In this document: piece by piece, positions 30,829-42,999 of the stretch | Numbering within the stretch: position 1 is the stretch's first letter | How the letters are laid out: every line of letters begins with the position of its first letter | DNA from: an uncultured Thermodesulfobacteriota bacterium | Lineage (GTDB): Bacteria > Desulfobacterota > B13-G15 | Length of the DNA stretch: 63,758 bases | Direction of reading: 5' to 3' | NCBI GenBank assembly: GCA_964448445.1 | Contig: CAYVAU010000001.1 | Coordinates: 1-63,758, forward strand | Program-made: the position numbers and the translations under genes | The notes under the pieces: generated by a model | Databases searched by the model: none | Seen by the model: only the letters and a program-made list of their open reading frames with translations | What the model was told of the DNA's origin: nothing

Positions 30829-31580
30829 GGCAGGGGCAAGGTCATCCCATCGCTTGCCGCTATTACTTCTATACCAAGTTCCTCGGAAAGCTTCCTGGCG
30901 ACCTCCCTTGGACCAAGTCTGATCATCGTCATCCCGAAATGGGTGAGGATGGCCTTGGTGGGCCTCGTGGATGCGATGATCTCCCGGGCGTCCTCTAAGG
31001 TGAGATGTTGAATCCGCTCGTCCCTGGGGCCGGCCCTGACCACATTGATGATGAGGACCTCCAAACCCCTGTAAGCCTCGATAAGCTCCGGGAAAAAGAG
31101 GGTGTCGCTGATAAGCCCGATCCTGCGGTCCAAAACGAGTCCGTAGGTTTCCACCTGATGCCTGTGCCGCAGAGGGGTGTGGATTTCGATCCCATCAAGG
31201 AGGTAACGCCCTCCTTCCTTAAGGACCTCGATCCCCCGAAGGAATCCCCTCAGATACTTCAGGACCACTGGGTCGTCTTCCAAGGCATCTTGGGGTGCAA
31301 AGAGCACCCCCCTTTTGTGCCAACCTCCCTCGGTCATGGCTTCGATTATCACGTTCACATCGGCCGAATGATCGAGGTGGCGATGGGTGAGGATTACGGC
31401 ATCGAGTTTTGTGGGATCAAGCTTCGGCCGCGAGGAAAGGGCCCTGATGAGGGATCCTGGACCAGGATCCACAAGGATCCTCTTTCCCTTAAGTTGAAAC
31501 CACAATCCTCCCGAGGCCCTTATCTGCTTGAAGACCACAACCCTGGCCCCGGCCGTACCGAGGAACTTTATATGGTCCAT
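30825..31580 (-). CDS. MBL-fold metallo-hydrolase
   Basis: HxHxDH motif THRHLDHS. ATG at 31580 (MDHIKFLGTAG) lies 7 nt after the radical SAM stop; the track ORF extends to 31613. Confidence 0.8.
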   Translation of the reverse strand: MDHIKFLGTAGARVVVFKQIRASGGLWFQLKGKRILVDPGPGSLIRALSSRPKLDPTKLDAVILTHRHLDHSADVNVIIEAMTEGGWHKRGVLFAPQDALEDDPVVLKYLRGFLRGIEVLKEGGRYLLDGIEIHTPLRHRHQVETYGLVLDRRIGLISDTLFFPELIEAYRGLEVLIINVVRAGPRDERIQHLTLEDAREIIASTRPTKAILTHFGMTMIRLGPREVARKLSEELGIEVIAASDGMTLPLP

Positions 31581-32680
31581 ATCCCCTCTATCTTCCTTTG
31601 ACACCTGGGACACCTCCCTTCCTTCAGCTCGAAACGCGTTACAAAAAAGCCCTTCCTCTCGATCAGCAACCTCCCACAGCGGGGACAGTAGGTGTTTTCT
31701 GCAGGATGCCCGGGGACATTGCCAAGATAGACATAGTGGAGTCCCACCTCAAGAGCTATTTCCCTTGCCCTCTCCAGGGTCTTTACTGGAGTGGGGGGAA
31801 GGTTCCTCAGGCGATACATGGGGAAGAAGCGGGTGAAGTGAAGGGGCACAGAAGGGGAGAGCTCATCCCTGATCCAAAGGCACATCTCCCTTATCAGGTC
31901 CTCATCATCGTTTTTCCCCGGCACCACCAGGTTCACTATCTCAAGGTGTACCCCGTGGGAATGGATTTCCTTAAGGGTTTTAAGCACCGGATTGAGCCAC
32001 CCTCCCGTCACCTCCCGATAGTAGCGATCGCTGAAGCCCTTAAGGTCCACACATGCAGCCCCTATATAGGGGAGGAGGTCCCTCAGAGGTTTTAGATTTA
32101 TAAAGCCGTTGGAATGAAAGACGAAGAAGATCCCTTCGGCCTTTGATATCTTCGCCACCTCAAGATTGTATTCGTGAAAGACCGTCGGTTCGGTATAGGT
32201 GGCAGCGATGGAGGGACATCCCTGAAGCAGGGCGAGCTTGACCATCTCATGGGGGGGTATTTTCATGTTGTTGGTTTCAAGGGGCGAGACCTGCGAAATC
32301 TGCCAGTTCTGACAGAAGAGACAGTCGAGGTTGCAGCCCGCCATGGCATAGGAGAGACAGGGGGATCCGGGAAGGAAGTGGAAGAAGGGCTTCTTCTCTA
32401 TAGGATCGATGTGAAGGGCACAGGGATTTCCGTAGGTCAGGCTGTAAAGCTTTCCCTTGATGTTCTTTCTGGCCTCACAATGCCCGAGATCCCCGGGCCC
32501 TATGAGGCACTCCCTTGGACAAAGGGTACACTGTACCATCTCCCCTCCGCGGGGGACAGAGTACGGAGAGAGATGGGGGGCCACATAGCCATAGCCCTGG
32601 GCCCAGAGGTCCTCGGGGGAGAGGAGCCCGAGGAAACCGAGGAGACCGAGTTTCAGAAAATCCCTCCTGCTCAGTTTCAT
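31568..32680 (-). CDS. AmmeMemoRadiSam-type radical SAM enzyme with an N-terminal twin-arginine signal peptide
   Basis: MKLSRRDFLKLGLLGFLGLLSPEDLWAQG, then CTLCPREC...[32 protein letters not shown] (CX3CX2C), and C-terminal CPRCG...CPRC. The ATGA overlap with the amidohydrolase stop supports this start. Confidence 0.85.
   Translation of the reverse strand: MKLSRRDFLKLGLLGFLGLLSPEDLWAQGYGYVAPHLSPYSVPRGGEMVQCTLCPRECLIGPGDLGHCEARKNIKGKLYSLTYGNPCALHIDPIEKKPFFHFLPGSPCLSYAMAGCNLDCLFCQNWQISQVSPLETNNMKIPPHEMVKLALLQGCPSIAATYTEPTVFHEYNLEVAKISKAEGIFFVFHSNGFINLKPLRDLLPYIGAACVDLKGFSDRYYREVTGGWLNPVLKTLKEIHSHGVHLEIVNLVVPGKNDDEDLIREMCLWIRDELSPSVPLHFTRFFPMYRLRNLPPTPVKTLERAREIALEVGLHYVYLGNVPGHPAENTYCPRCGRLLIERKGFFVTRFELKEGRCPRCQRKIEGIWTI
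32594..32680 (-). other. predicted Tat (twin-arginine) signal peptide coding segment
   Basis: S-R-R-D-F-L-K matches the S/T-R-R-x-F-L-K consensus. It is followed by a hydrophobic h-region and LWA-Q. Confidence 0.6.
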
Positions 32681-33504
32681 CCCAAAAGCCTAAGGGCATT
32701 CCGATAAAGGATTGCCTCCCTTTCGCCTTCGCTTAAACCCGCCTCCTTCATCCCTTCAAGATAGCGACTTGGCCCAAGCAGGGGATAATCGGTCCCAAAG
32801 AGGAGCTTTTTGGGGATGATCTCCATAGAGACCTTCCACACCCTCGGGGAATAAAGGAAGGGCAGGGCAGCGGTATCGTAATATACCCCTTTGCACAAGT
32901 CCCTTATCTCAGGCATGAGCTCGAAGAACAAAAACCCCCCTCCAAGATGGGCCAAAATCAAGGGTACCCCTTGAGCTGCATGAACTATCCGCTCCACATC
33001 TTTTAAACCTATCCGTCCTTTCCCTGGATAGGGATGTCCTACCGGTTCATTCACATGAACCAAGGCCAAAAGCCCCAACTGGCGGATCACCGAGAAAGTC
33101 TCCTTCAGTAGCCCCTCATCCAAAGGACCCTCTCCATAGGTCCCGGGGGCAAGTTCCCCCGCCCCCCTGGCTCCATACCTTCTGGAGCGTTCAAGTTCCT
33201 TAAAGCCCCCATCCCCCGGGGGGAAGGTCACAAAAGGGATGAGCTCCCTATGGGATTCGGATGCCTCAAGCAGATAGTCGTTTTCGCGTTTGCAGAGGTC
33301 GAGATCCGTCCAGGGAAAACCACAAATTACCGCTCCTTCCACCCCTTCCTTTTCCATCATCGCCAAGAGCTCCTCCACCCCCACCATCTTCGCCTTGGGG
33401 TCGCCATAAATAGCCCCAAAGAGGGGATCCCTTTCCGCCAGATCGAAACGCTTCTGCCTCACCCAAGGGGAAAAGACATGGACGTGAAAATCGATGACCT
33501 TCAT
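32677..33504 (-). CDS. amidohydrolase-2 (metal-dependent TIM-barrel hydrolase/decarboxylase) family protein
   Basis: MKVIDFHVHVFSP (HxH), ...ALVHVNE..., ILAHLGGG, and FGTDYP. Confidence 0.8.
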   Translation of the reverse strand: MKVIDFHVHVFSPWVRQKRFDLAERDPLFGAIYGDPKAKMVGVEELLAMMEKEGVEGAVICGFPWTDLDLCKRENDYLLEASESHRELIPFVTFPPGDGGFKELERSRRYGARGAGELAPGTYGEGPLDEGLLKETFSVIRQLGLLALVHVNEPVGHPYPGKGRIGLKDVERIVHAAQGVPLILAHLGGGFLFFELMPEIRDLCKGVYYDTAALPFLYSPRVWKVSMEIIPKKLLFGTDYPLLGPSRYLEGMKEAGLSEGEREAILYRNALRLLG

Positions 33505-35789
33505 CGGGCCTTCACCCTATTTCTGCCTTCCTTCTTGGCTTCATACATCAGGTCATCGGCCCGGGAGATGAGGGTATCGGGATTGTCTCCCGGCTGATAC
33601 TCGGTCACCCCAAGGCTCACCGTGAAGCCCTCCACCCCAGGGATTTTAAGCCCCTCTATCCTCTGCCTGAGGTCTTCGGCCAAGATCTTAGCCTTCTCAA
33701 GGGGAGTGGCAGGGAGAAGCAGGATGAACTCCTCTCCCCCCCAGCGGGTTAAGAGATCCGTTTTTCTGATCCTGTCCTTTACCGCTTTGACCAAGGCCTT
33801 GAGGACCAAATCTCCCATCCGGTGGCCGAAGCGGTCGTTGATGGCCTTAAAGTGATCTATATCCAACATGACCACCGAAAAGGTCTCCCCCGTCCTCTTC
33901 GCCCTCTCTATCTCCTCCTCAAGCCTTTCCTGAAAGTACCTGCGGTTGTAAGCCCCAGTGAGGGGATCGGTTACAGACATCTGGTAAAGTTGACGCTCCA
34001 TGCGTTTGTAAGGGGTTATGTCGTCTGCATAGTGCAGGAAAAGGTCTTCAGAAACAGCCACCCACCAGGTCTCCCAGAAGGCCTCATCTGCCTGAATTTC
34101 CTTTTTCATCTTCGCCTTTTCCTCTAAAACCCTATCGGCCTCGCAGAAGACACATCGGGTCCCGGGAGGGGGATAGCCCGTATCGAGATAAAGACGCCTC
34201 TGTTCCTCGGGAAGGAACCTGAGCTTCCATATCCCCTCCCAGCAGTACTGCCCTTCCTGGGTGTTGAAAAACTCATGAGCTGCCCTGTTCTGGGCAACGA
34301 TCTTCCTGTCCCGAGAGATGAGCCAGGCGGGATTGGGGATCCCCTCAAGCATCATCCTCATCTGGTGTTCCAAGCGCCGCCTCTCTGTAATGTCCTCCCC
34401 CATAGAAAGAACCATCCTGAACTTTCCCCCTTCGGTGATGACGCTGTTGTACCACTTGATGATCCGCCAAGAACCATCACGGGTCTGAATGGGATTTTCG
34501 TACTCATGCCTAAGAGCCCGGGTATTGACCACATGCTCCCAAACCTTGTAAAGCTCCCCCCTGAGTTCGGGGGGAATGAAAAGTCCGATCCACTCCTTTC
34601 CGAGGACTTCTTCTCGCTTGTAACCTGTCACTTTCTCGGCAAAGCGGTTGAAAAGGAGGATCTCGGACCGCTCACCTAAGCCAACGATAAGAAGGGGAGC
34701 ATTTTCTATCAAGGCCTCTGTCCTTGCTTTTTCCCGAGCTAATTCTTCTTGGAGCTTCTTCTGTTGGTCTACGGACATGAAGTAGCCAAGAACCGCCCTC
34801 TTCCCTCTGTAGGTCACCGAGGTGACCATCCCGATGTCCCAGCCGATCGAGCCGTCTTTCCGCACAACCCTGAACTCGTAGGGTTCGGTCCTTTCCCCTT
34901 TAAGCATCTTTTTGGATGCCTCCCTCACCCACTCCCTGTCCTCAGGGTGAACGACATCCATGGGGCTCATCTCCATCAGTTCGGCCTCGCTGTGCCCGAG
35001 CCTGAGGATCAGCTCGGGATTGACCATGCGAAAACGGCCCTCTTGGGCGACAAAAATGGGGATCGGTGCGCTCATGAAAACGCTTTCAAGGAGTTTGTTT
35101 GTCTCTTTGCTCTCGGTAAAGTCGACACCGGAAACTATGACCTGCCTGCTCTGAGGGATCACAGTAGGGCTTATCAAGCCCCAGAGGACCCCGCCGTCCT
35201 TGGTCAGGAACCTGATCTCAAAGGGGGAAGGGAAGTTTTTTCCCTCAAGGCATGAGCGATGTATCTCAAGGACTAAAGGGCGGTCTTCAGGATGGATCAA
35301 CTCCAAGGCATTCCTCCTCAAAATCTCCTCCCTTCCGTAGCCCGTGCGCTTAAGGAAGGCCGAGTTGACCTTCGAGACGCTGAGATCCTCCTCTACCAAG
35401 AACATTATGGCCTCTGTCCCCTCGAAGACCCTCTCAAAATAAACCCTTTCCAGACCTTCCTCTGTCGCTTCTATGAAGGTCTCAAGGAGAACCTTCTCCC
35501 CTTCCAATTCGGTCTCTTTTACCGTTTTTATCACCGGTACCTTTGTGCCATCCTTCCTCAGCAATGTCCTAAGGGATCTGTCCTCCCCCTTTCCTTCTTC
35601 AAACACAGGACAAACATCAGAGGGGCACAGATAACCTTGACAGGATCTGCCCACCACCTCTTTGAGGTCCTCGGCCCCAAGGAGCGTTAAGGCCTCGCGG
35701 TTAGCCCACCGGATGGTCTTGTCCCTGCCCACAAGGAGGATCCCAACGGGCAGAAGATCGAGGATTTCGGAGGCCTTTCCCCCTTGCAT
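33501..35789 (-). CDS. multi-PAS sensor diguanylate cyclase (GGDEF)
   Basis: Several PAS-like repeats, the C-terminal DIDHFKAINDRFGH, an RKTD I-site five residues before GGEEF, and YEAKKEGRNR. Confidence 0.9.
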   Translation of the reverse strand: MQGGKASEILDLLPVGILLVGRDKTIRWANREALTLLGAEDLKEVVGRSCQGYLCPSDVCPVFEEGKGEDRSLRTLLRKDGTKVPVIKTVKETELEGEKVLLETFIEATEEGLERVYFERVFEGTEAIMFLVEEDLSVSKVNSAFLKRTGYGREEILRRNALELIHPEDRPLVLEIHRSCLEGKNFPSPFEIRFLTKDGGVLWGLISPTVIPQSRQVIVSGVDFTESKETNKLLESVFMSAPIPIFVAQEGRFRMVNPELILRLGHSEAELMEMSPMDVVHPEDREWVREASKKMLKGERTEPYEFRVVRKDGSIGWDIGMVTSVTYRGKRAVLGYFMSVDQQKKLQEELAREKARTEALIENAPLLIVGLGERSEILLFNRFAEKVTGYKREEVLGKEWIGLFIPPELRGELYKVWEHVVNTRALRHEYENPIQTRDGSWRIIKWYNSVITEGGKFRMVLSMGEDITERRRLEHQMRMMLEGIPNPAWLISRDRKIVAQNRAAHEFFNTQEGQYCWEGIWKLRFLPEEQRRLYLDTGYPPPGTRCVFCEADRVLEEKAKMKKEIQADEAFWETWWVAVSEDLFLHYADDITPYKRMERQLYQMSVTDPLTGAYNRRYFQERLEEEIERAKRTGETFSVVMLDIDHFKAINDRFGHRMGDLVLKALVKAVKDRIRKTDLLTRWGGEEFILLLPATPLEKAKILAEDLRQRIEGLKIPGVEGFTVSLGVTEYQPGDNPDTLISRADDLMYEAKKEGRNRVKAR

Positions 35790-35841
35790 TTTCCCTTACT
35801 GGGGGTTTTGAGAAATTGTGCTTTGGAGGGGCTTTTGTGTC

Positions 35842-35856
35842 AAGGGAAATTCCCTT
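35842..35856. promoter_or_regulatory. inverted repeat AAGGGAA-A-TTCCCTT in the divergent GGDEF / CYTH control region
   Basis: Seven-nt arms with a 1-nt centre, read directly from the sequence. A related GGGAGAATTTCCCC lies at 35899-35912. Confidence 0.3.
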
Positions 35857-35912
35857 ATTTGGTCATTATCTCCGGGGTTTTTAATCCTTTTTCTTTTTGG
35901 GAGAATTTCCCC

Positions 35913-36461
35913 GTGATCGAAGTGGAATTGAAGGTGCGGGCCGACTTACAGAAGGTAAGGAAGAGGCTTCAGGACCTCGGGGCCTTTCTCAAGGGTTTCG
36001 AGGTCGAAGAGGACCTTTATTTCAACTCACCGTGGCGGGATTTCTCCCAAAGTGACGAGGCCTTAAGGATAAGGATAAGGGGGAAAGGGGGGATTTTGAC
36101 CTACAAGGGGCCGAAGCTCGATTCCCTGAGCAAGACCCGCGAGGAGATAGAAGTGGAGGTATCCGACTGGCATGAGACCAAACGACTGCTTCTGAAGCTG
36201 GGGTTTAAAGAGGTGGGGAGGGTGAGGAAATGGAGGGAGAGGTATGAGCTCGGGGAATTGGTGGTGAGCCTTGATCGGGTCGAGGGCCTTGGGGAGTTCG
36301 TAGAGGTGGAGGCCAAGGCCGAAGGGAATTACAGCCGCCTTCTGCGGAAGGCCCTCGAGCTGCTTGAGATTCTCGGGGTATCCGAGGAGCCCATAAGGGA
36401 ATCCTACCTGGAGATGCTCCTGGCCAAAAAGCTTTTTGACAAGCACCAGGCCAGGGGATAA
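35913..36461 (+). CDS. CYTH-domain protein / class IV adenylate cyclase (CyaB-like)
   Basis: ExExK motif in VIEVELKVR, and the CYTH pattern ALRIR...LTYKGP...REEIEVEV...GEFVEVE. GTG at 35913 is preceded by GGGAGA; the track ORF extends to 35784. Confidence 0.75.
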   Translation: MIEVELKVRADLQKVRKRLQDLGAFLKGFEVEEDLYFNSPWRDFSQSDEALRIRIRGKGGILTYKGPKLDSLSKTREEIEVEVSDWHETKRLLLKLGFKEVGRVRKWRERYELGELVVSLDRVEGLGEFVEVEAKAEGNYSRLLRKALELLEILGVSEEPIRESYLEMLLAKKLFDKHQARG

Positions 36462-36475
36462 GATTTGCTGCTGAG

Positions 36476-37756
36476 ATGAAGAAGGTTTTTTGTCTTCTCC
36501 TGGTGGTCCTTGCTTTCGGTGCAGGGCTTGCTGGGGGCAAACACATCCTGCTCCTTGAAGCCGAGGGGATTATAAATCCGCCGATGGCGGGTTATATCGT
36601 GAGGGGGATAGAGAAGGCCGAAAGGGAGGGGGCGTTGGCCTTGATCATCCAGTTGGATACCCCGGGGGGCCTGATGGATTCCATGCGCCGGATCGTCAAA
36701 AAGATCCTGGGGGCCGAGGTCCCGGTGATCGTCTATGTCGCCCCGAGCGGTTCCAGGGCTGCCTCGGCAGGGGTCTTCATAACCATGGCCGCCCATGTGG
36801 CGGCAATGGCACCGGGGACCAATATTGGTGCCGCCCACCCGGTGGAGCTCGGCGAAAAGAAGATGGATGAGACCATGCTCAAGAAGGTGGTGAACGATAC
36901 GGTGGCCTACATCAAAACCATCGCAAGGGAGAGGAAGAGGAACGAGAAGTGGGCCGAGAAGGCCGTGAGGGAATCCAGCTCCATAACCGCCCGGGAGGCC
37001 CTGAAACTTCATGTGATAGACCTTGTGGCCCCCAGTCTGGAGGAGCTCCTCAAGGAGCTGGACGGTCGCAAGATAAGGCTCGGGTCCGGAAGGACGGTTG
37101 TGCTCAGGACCGAGGGCATTCAGGTGGTAAGGCTCAAGATGTCCTTCAGGGACAAGCTCCTCCACACCCTTTCAAACCCCATGATCGCCTATATTCTTCT
37201 CATGCTCGGAATTTACGGGCTGTTTTTCGAGCTCTCCAATCCCGGTGCCATCTTCCCCGGGGTGGTGGGGGGCATTTGCCTGATTTTGGCCTTCTTTGCC
37301 TTCCAGATGCTGCCCATAAACTATGCGGGCATCGCCCTTATAATTCTGGGGATCATCCTTCTTATCATGGAGGTGAAGATCACAAGCTATGGGCTCCTCT
37401 CCATCGGGGGGATAATCTCCCTGCTTTTGGGTTCGCTGATGCTGATAGAGAGCCCGGCTCAGTACCTGAGGCTCTCCCTTTCGGTCGTGGTGCCGATGGT
37501 GCTTGTGAGCGCCGGTTTTTTCCTCTTTGCTCTGACGATGGTCATAAGGGCCCACCGCCGCAGACCCCAAACTGGTCAAGAGGGACTGCTGGGGGAGAGG
37601 GGGAAGGCCTTAACGGATATAGCCCCTGAAGGGACGGTTGAGGTCCTTGGCGAGATCTGGCGGGCTTTCTCGGATCAGCAGATCAAGGCCGGGGAAGCCG
37701 TGGAGGTGGTGGGGGTTGAGGGTTTGAGGTTGAAAGTAAGGAGAGAGGAGGGGTGA
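36476..37756 (+). CDS. NfeD-family membrane-bound ClpP-class serine protease
   Basis: Signal peptide, ClpP-like domain (IQLDTPGG...GSRAASAGVFI), TM bundle, and a C-terminal OB-like NfeD domain. Confidence 0.85.
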   Translation: MKKVFCLLLVVLAFGAGLAGGKHILLLEAEGIINPPMAGYIVRGIEKAEREGALALIIQLDTPGGLMDSMRRIVKKILGAEVPVIVYVAPSGSRAASAGVFITMAAHVAAMAPGTNIGAAHPVELGEKKMDETMLKKVVNDTVAYIKTIARERKRNEKWAEKAVRESSSITAREALKLHVIDLVAPSLEELLKELDGRKIRLGSGRTVVLRTEGIQVVRLKMSFRDKLLHTLSNPMIAYILLMLGIYGLFFELSNPGAIFPGVVGGICLILAFFAFQMLPINYAGIALIILGIILLIMEVKITSYGLLSIGGIISLLLGSLMLIESPAQYLRLSLSVVVPMVLVSAGFFLFALTMVIRAHRRRPQTGQEGLLGERGKALTDIAPEGTVEVLGEIWRAFSDQQIKAGEAVEVVGVEGLRLKVRREEG

Positions 37757-37759
37757 GAA

Positions 37760-38520
37760 ATGATGGGTCCCATATTTTGGTTCCTTTTGGTCATCTTCAT
37801 CCTCATCATCTTGAGTTCGGCCATAAAGATCTGCAGGGAATACGAGCGGGGTGTGATCTTCCGCTTGGGGAGATTTGTGGGGGTGAAGGGTCCCGGAATC
37901 TTCTTCATCATCCCCGGAGTTGACAAGATGGTCAAGGTGAGCTTGAGGACCGTGGTCATGGATGTGCCGCCCCAGGATGTGATCACCAAGGACAACGTCT
38001 CGATCTCTGTAAACGCCGTGGTCTACTTCAGGGTTTTTTCGCCCGAGAAAGCCGTGATCCAGGTGGAGGATTATCTGTATGCGACCTCGCAGCTGGCCCA
38101 GACCACCCTGAGGAGCGTGGTGGGGCAGGCGGAGCTTGACGAGATCCTGGCCGAGCGCGACAAGATCAACCAGCAGCTGCAATCGATCCTGGACAAACAC
38201 ACCGATCCGTGGGGCATAAAGGTGACCCTGGTGGAGATAAAGCACATAGATCTGCCTCAGGAGATGCAGCGGGCCATGGCAAAGCAGGCGGAAGCCGAAA
38301 GGGAGAGGAGGGCCAAGATCATTAACGCCGAGGGGGAATTCCAGGCCGCCAAGAAGCTTGTTGAGGCTGCAACGCTCATGGAGGATCACCCTTATGCCCT
38401 CCAGTTGCGATACCTCCAGACCCTCCGGGAGGTTGCGGCAGAAAGGAACTCCACCACGCTCTTTCCAGTGCCCATTGACCTTATAGAGCCCTTCATCAAG
38501 AAGGCGAAGGCCAAGGAATC

Positions 38521-38524
<4 letters not shown>
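37760..38524 (+). CDS. SPFH/band-7 (stomatin-like) protein
   Basis: N-terminal TM segment plus the SPFH core ([12 protein letters not shown]...TKDNV...YAT...LRSVVG). Classic NfeD-stomatin operon pair. Confidence 0.9.
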
Positions 38525-41465
<2,941 letters not shown>

Positions 41466-41466
41466 G

Positions 41467-42999
41467 GTGAGACCCCCACTGGTCGAGGCCATGCTCGATC
41501 CGGGTTTTTACCCCCACAAGCCCAAAGGGGTGAGGCTTATCGAGACCCATATCTCCTGGGTGTTCCTCACGGGATCTTATGCCTACAAGGTGAAGAAACC
41601 GGTGAACTTCGGCTTTCTGGACTTCACCACCCTCAAGCAGCGAACACACTTCGCCCATGAGGAGGTGAGGCTCAATCGCAGGCTCTCGCCCGAGATCTAC
41701 CTGGGAGTCCTGGAGATAAGGAGGCGGGATGGCGGATTCAGCCTCCAGGGTCCGGGTGAAGTGGTTGAGGTGGCAGTGTGGATGAAGGAGCTCCGGGAGG
41801 AATGGAGGCTTGATCTGCTGTTGGAATCGGGGAAGGTGGGACATGGCCTTTGGGACCTCATCGCCGAAAGGATAGCCCGCTTCCATGGGGAGGCCGAGAC
41901 CAACCCTTACATTGCCTCCTTTGGCGAGCCCGAAAAGGTCATGGTAAATGTGAAGGAGAACTTCGATCAAACTGAGCCCTTCAGGGATATAACCATTCCC
42001 AAGGGCTGGTTTGTGGACTTAAGGGATTACTCCTTTGGCTTTCTGACCGAGCGCAGGGACCTCTTCAAGAGGAGGATCCAAAACGGTCGCATCCGCGAGG
42101 GACATGGAGACCTGCACACCGAAAACATCTACTATGATGGGAAGCAGCTCCATGTGCTCGACTGCATCGAGTTCAACGAGAGGTTTCGGTTTCAGGACAC
42201 AGCTTCCGATGTCGCCTTTCTTTTGATGGACCTTGAGGCGAGGGGGTTTGAAGAAGGGGGGTGGCGTTTCTTGAACGGTTACCTGCAATACAGTGGAGAT
42301 TTCGAACTCCTTCAGGTCCTCCGTTTCTACAAAATCTACAGGGCCTACGTGAGGGGAAAGATCGAAAGCTTCCAGATGGCCCAGAAGGGAAAGGCGGCCG
42401 AGGAGAAGGCAAGGGGGTATTTCGAGCTCGCCTGGCGTTATCTGGTCGAAGAAAGGCCCCGTTTCCTTCTGGCAAGCTGTGGGGTAATGGGCAGTGGCAA
42501 GAGCACCCTTTGCATGGAGCTGGCATCAAGGCTTGGGGCGGTCCTTATAAGGTCCGATTCGGTGAGGAAACTCTCCCTGGGGATCCCTCCCTGGGAGCAC
42601 CGTTACGAACCCTTCGGGCAGGGCATTTACAGCCCCGAGGTCACCGATTCGGTCTACAAGCGGATGATCTCCCTTGCGGAGGAGGTCCTTGGGGCCGGAT
42701 ATCCGGTGATCCTGGATGGGTCCTTCTCCAAGGCTTCCCACAGGAGGATGGTCTCAGAGCTCGCCCAGAGGTTGGGCATTCCCTATCTATTCCTTTACAC
42801 TCAATGCCCGGTGGAGGTAATAAAGGAGAGGATAGGCAAAAGGAGGGATATCTCGGACGGGAGGGTCGAGATCCTCGAGGAGCATATCCGTTCCTTCGAG
42901 ACCCCAAAGGAGCTTCCCCCCGAGAGGGTCCTTTCCGTCGATACCCGGGGACCCCTCTCGGTGGAGGTGATCCGGGAAGTGAGGAAAAGGGTTAGGTGA
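41467..42999 (+). CDS. bifunctional aminoglycoside-phosphotransferase-like kinase / P-loop (AAA_33-type) ATP-binding protein
   Basis: APH-like catalytic HGDLHTENI and DCIEF in the N-terminal two thirds. C-terminal Walker A GVMGSGKST. Confidence 0.75.
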   Translation: MRPPLVEAMLDPGFYPHKPKGVRLIETHISWVFLTGSYAYKVKKPVNFGFLDFTTLKQRTHFAHEEVRLNRRLSPEIYLGVLEIRRRDGGFSLQGPGEVVEVAVWMKELREEWRLDLLLESGKVGHGLWDLIAERIARFHGEAETNPYIASFGEPEKVMVNVKENFDQTEPFRDITIPKGWFVDLRDYSFGFLTERRDLFKRRIQNGRIREGHGDLHTENIYYDGKQLHVLDCIEFNERFRFQDTASDVAFLLMDLEARGFEEGGWRFLNGYLQYSGDFELLQVLRFYKIYRAYVRGKIESFQMAQKGKAAEEKARGYFELAWRYLVEERPRFLLASCGVMGSGKSTLCMELASRLGAVLIRSDSVRKLSLGIPPWEHRYEPFGQGIYSPEVTDSVYKRMISLAEEVLGAGYPVILDGSFSKASHRRMVSELAQRLGIPYLFLYTQCPVEVIKERIGKRRDISDGRVEILEEHIRSFETPKELPPERVLSVDTRGPLSVEVIREVRKRVR

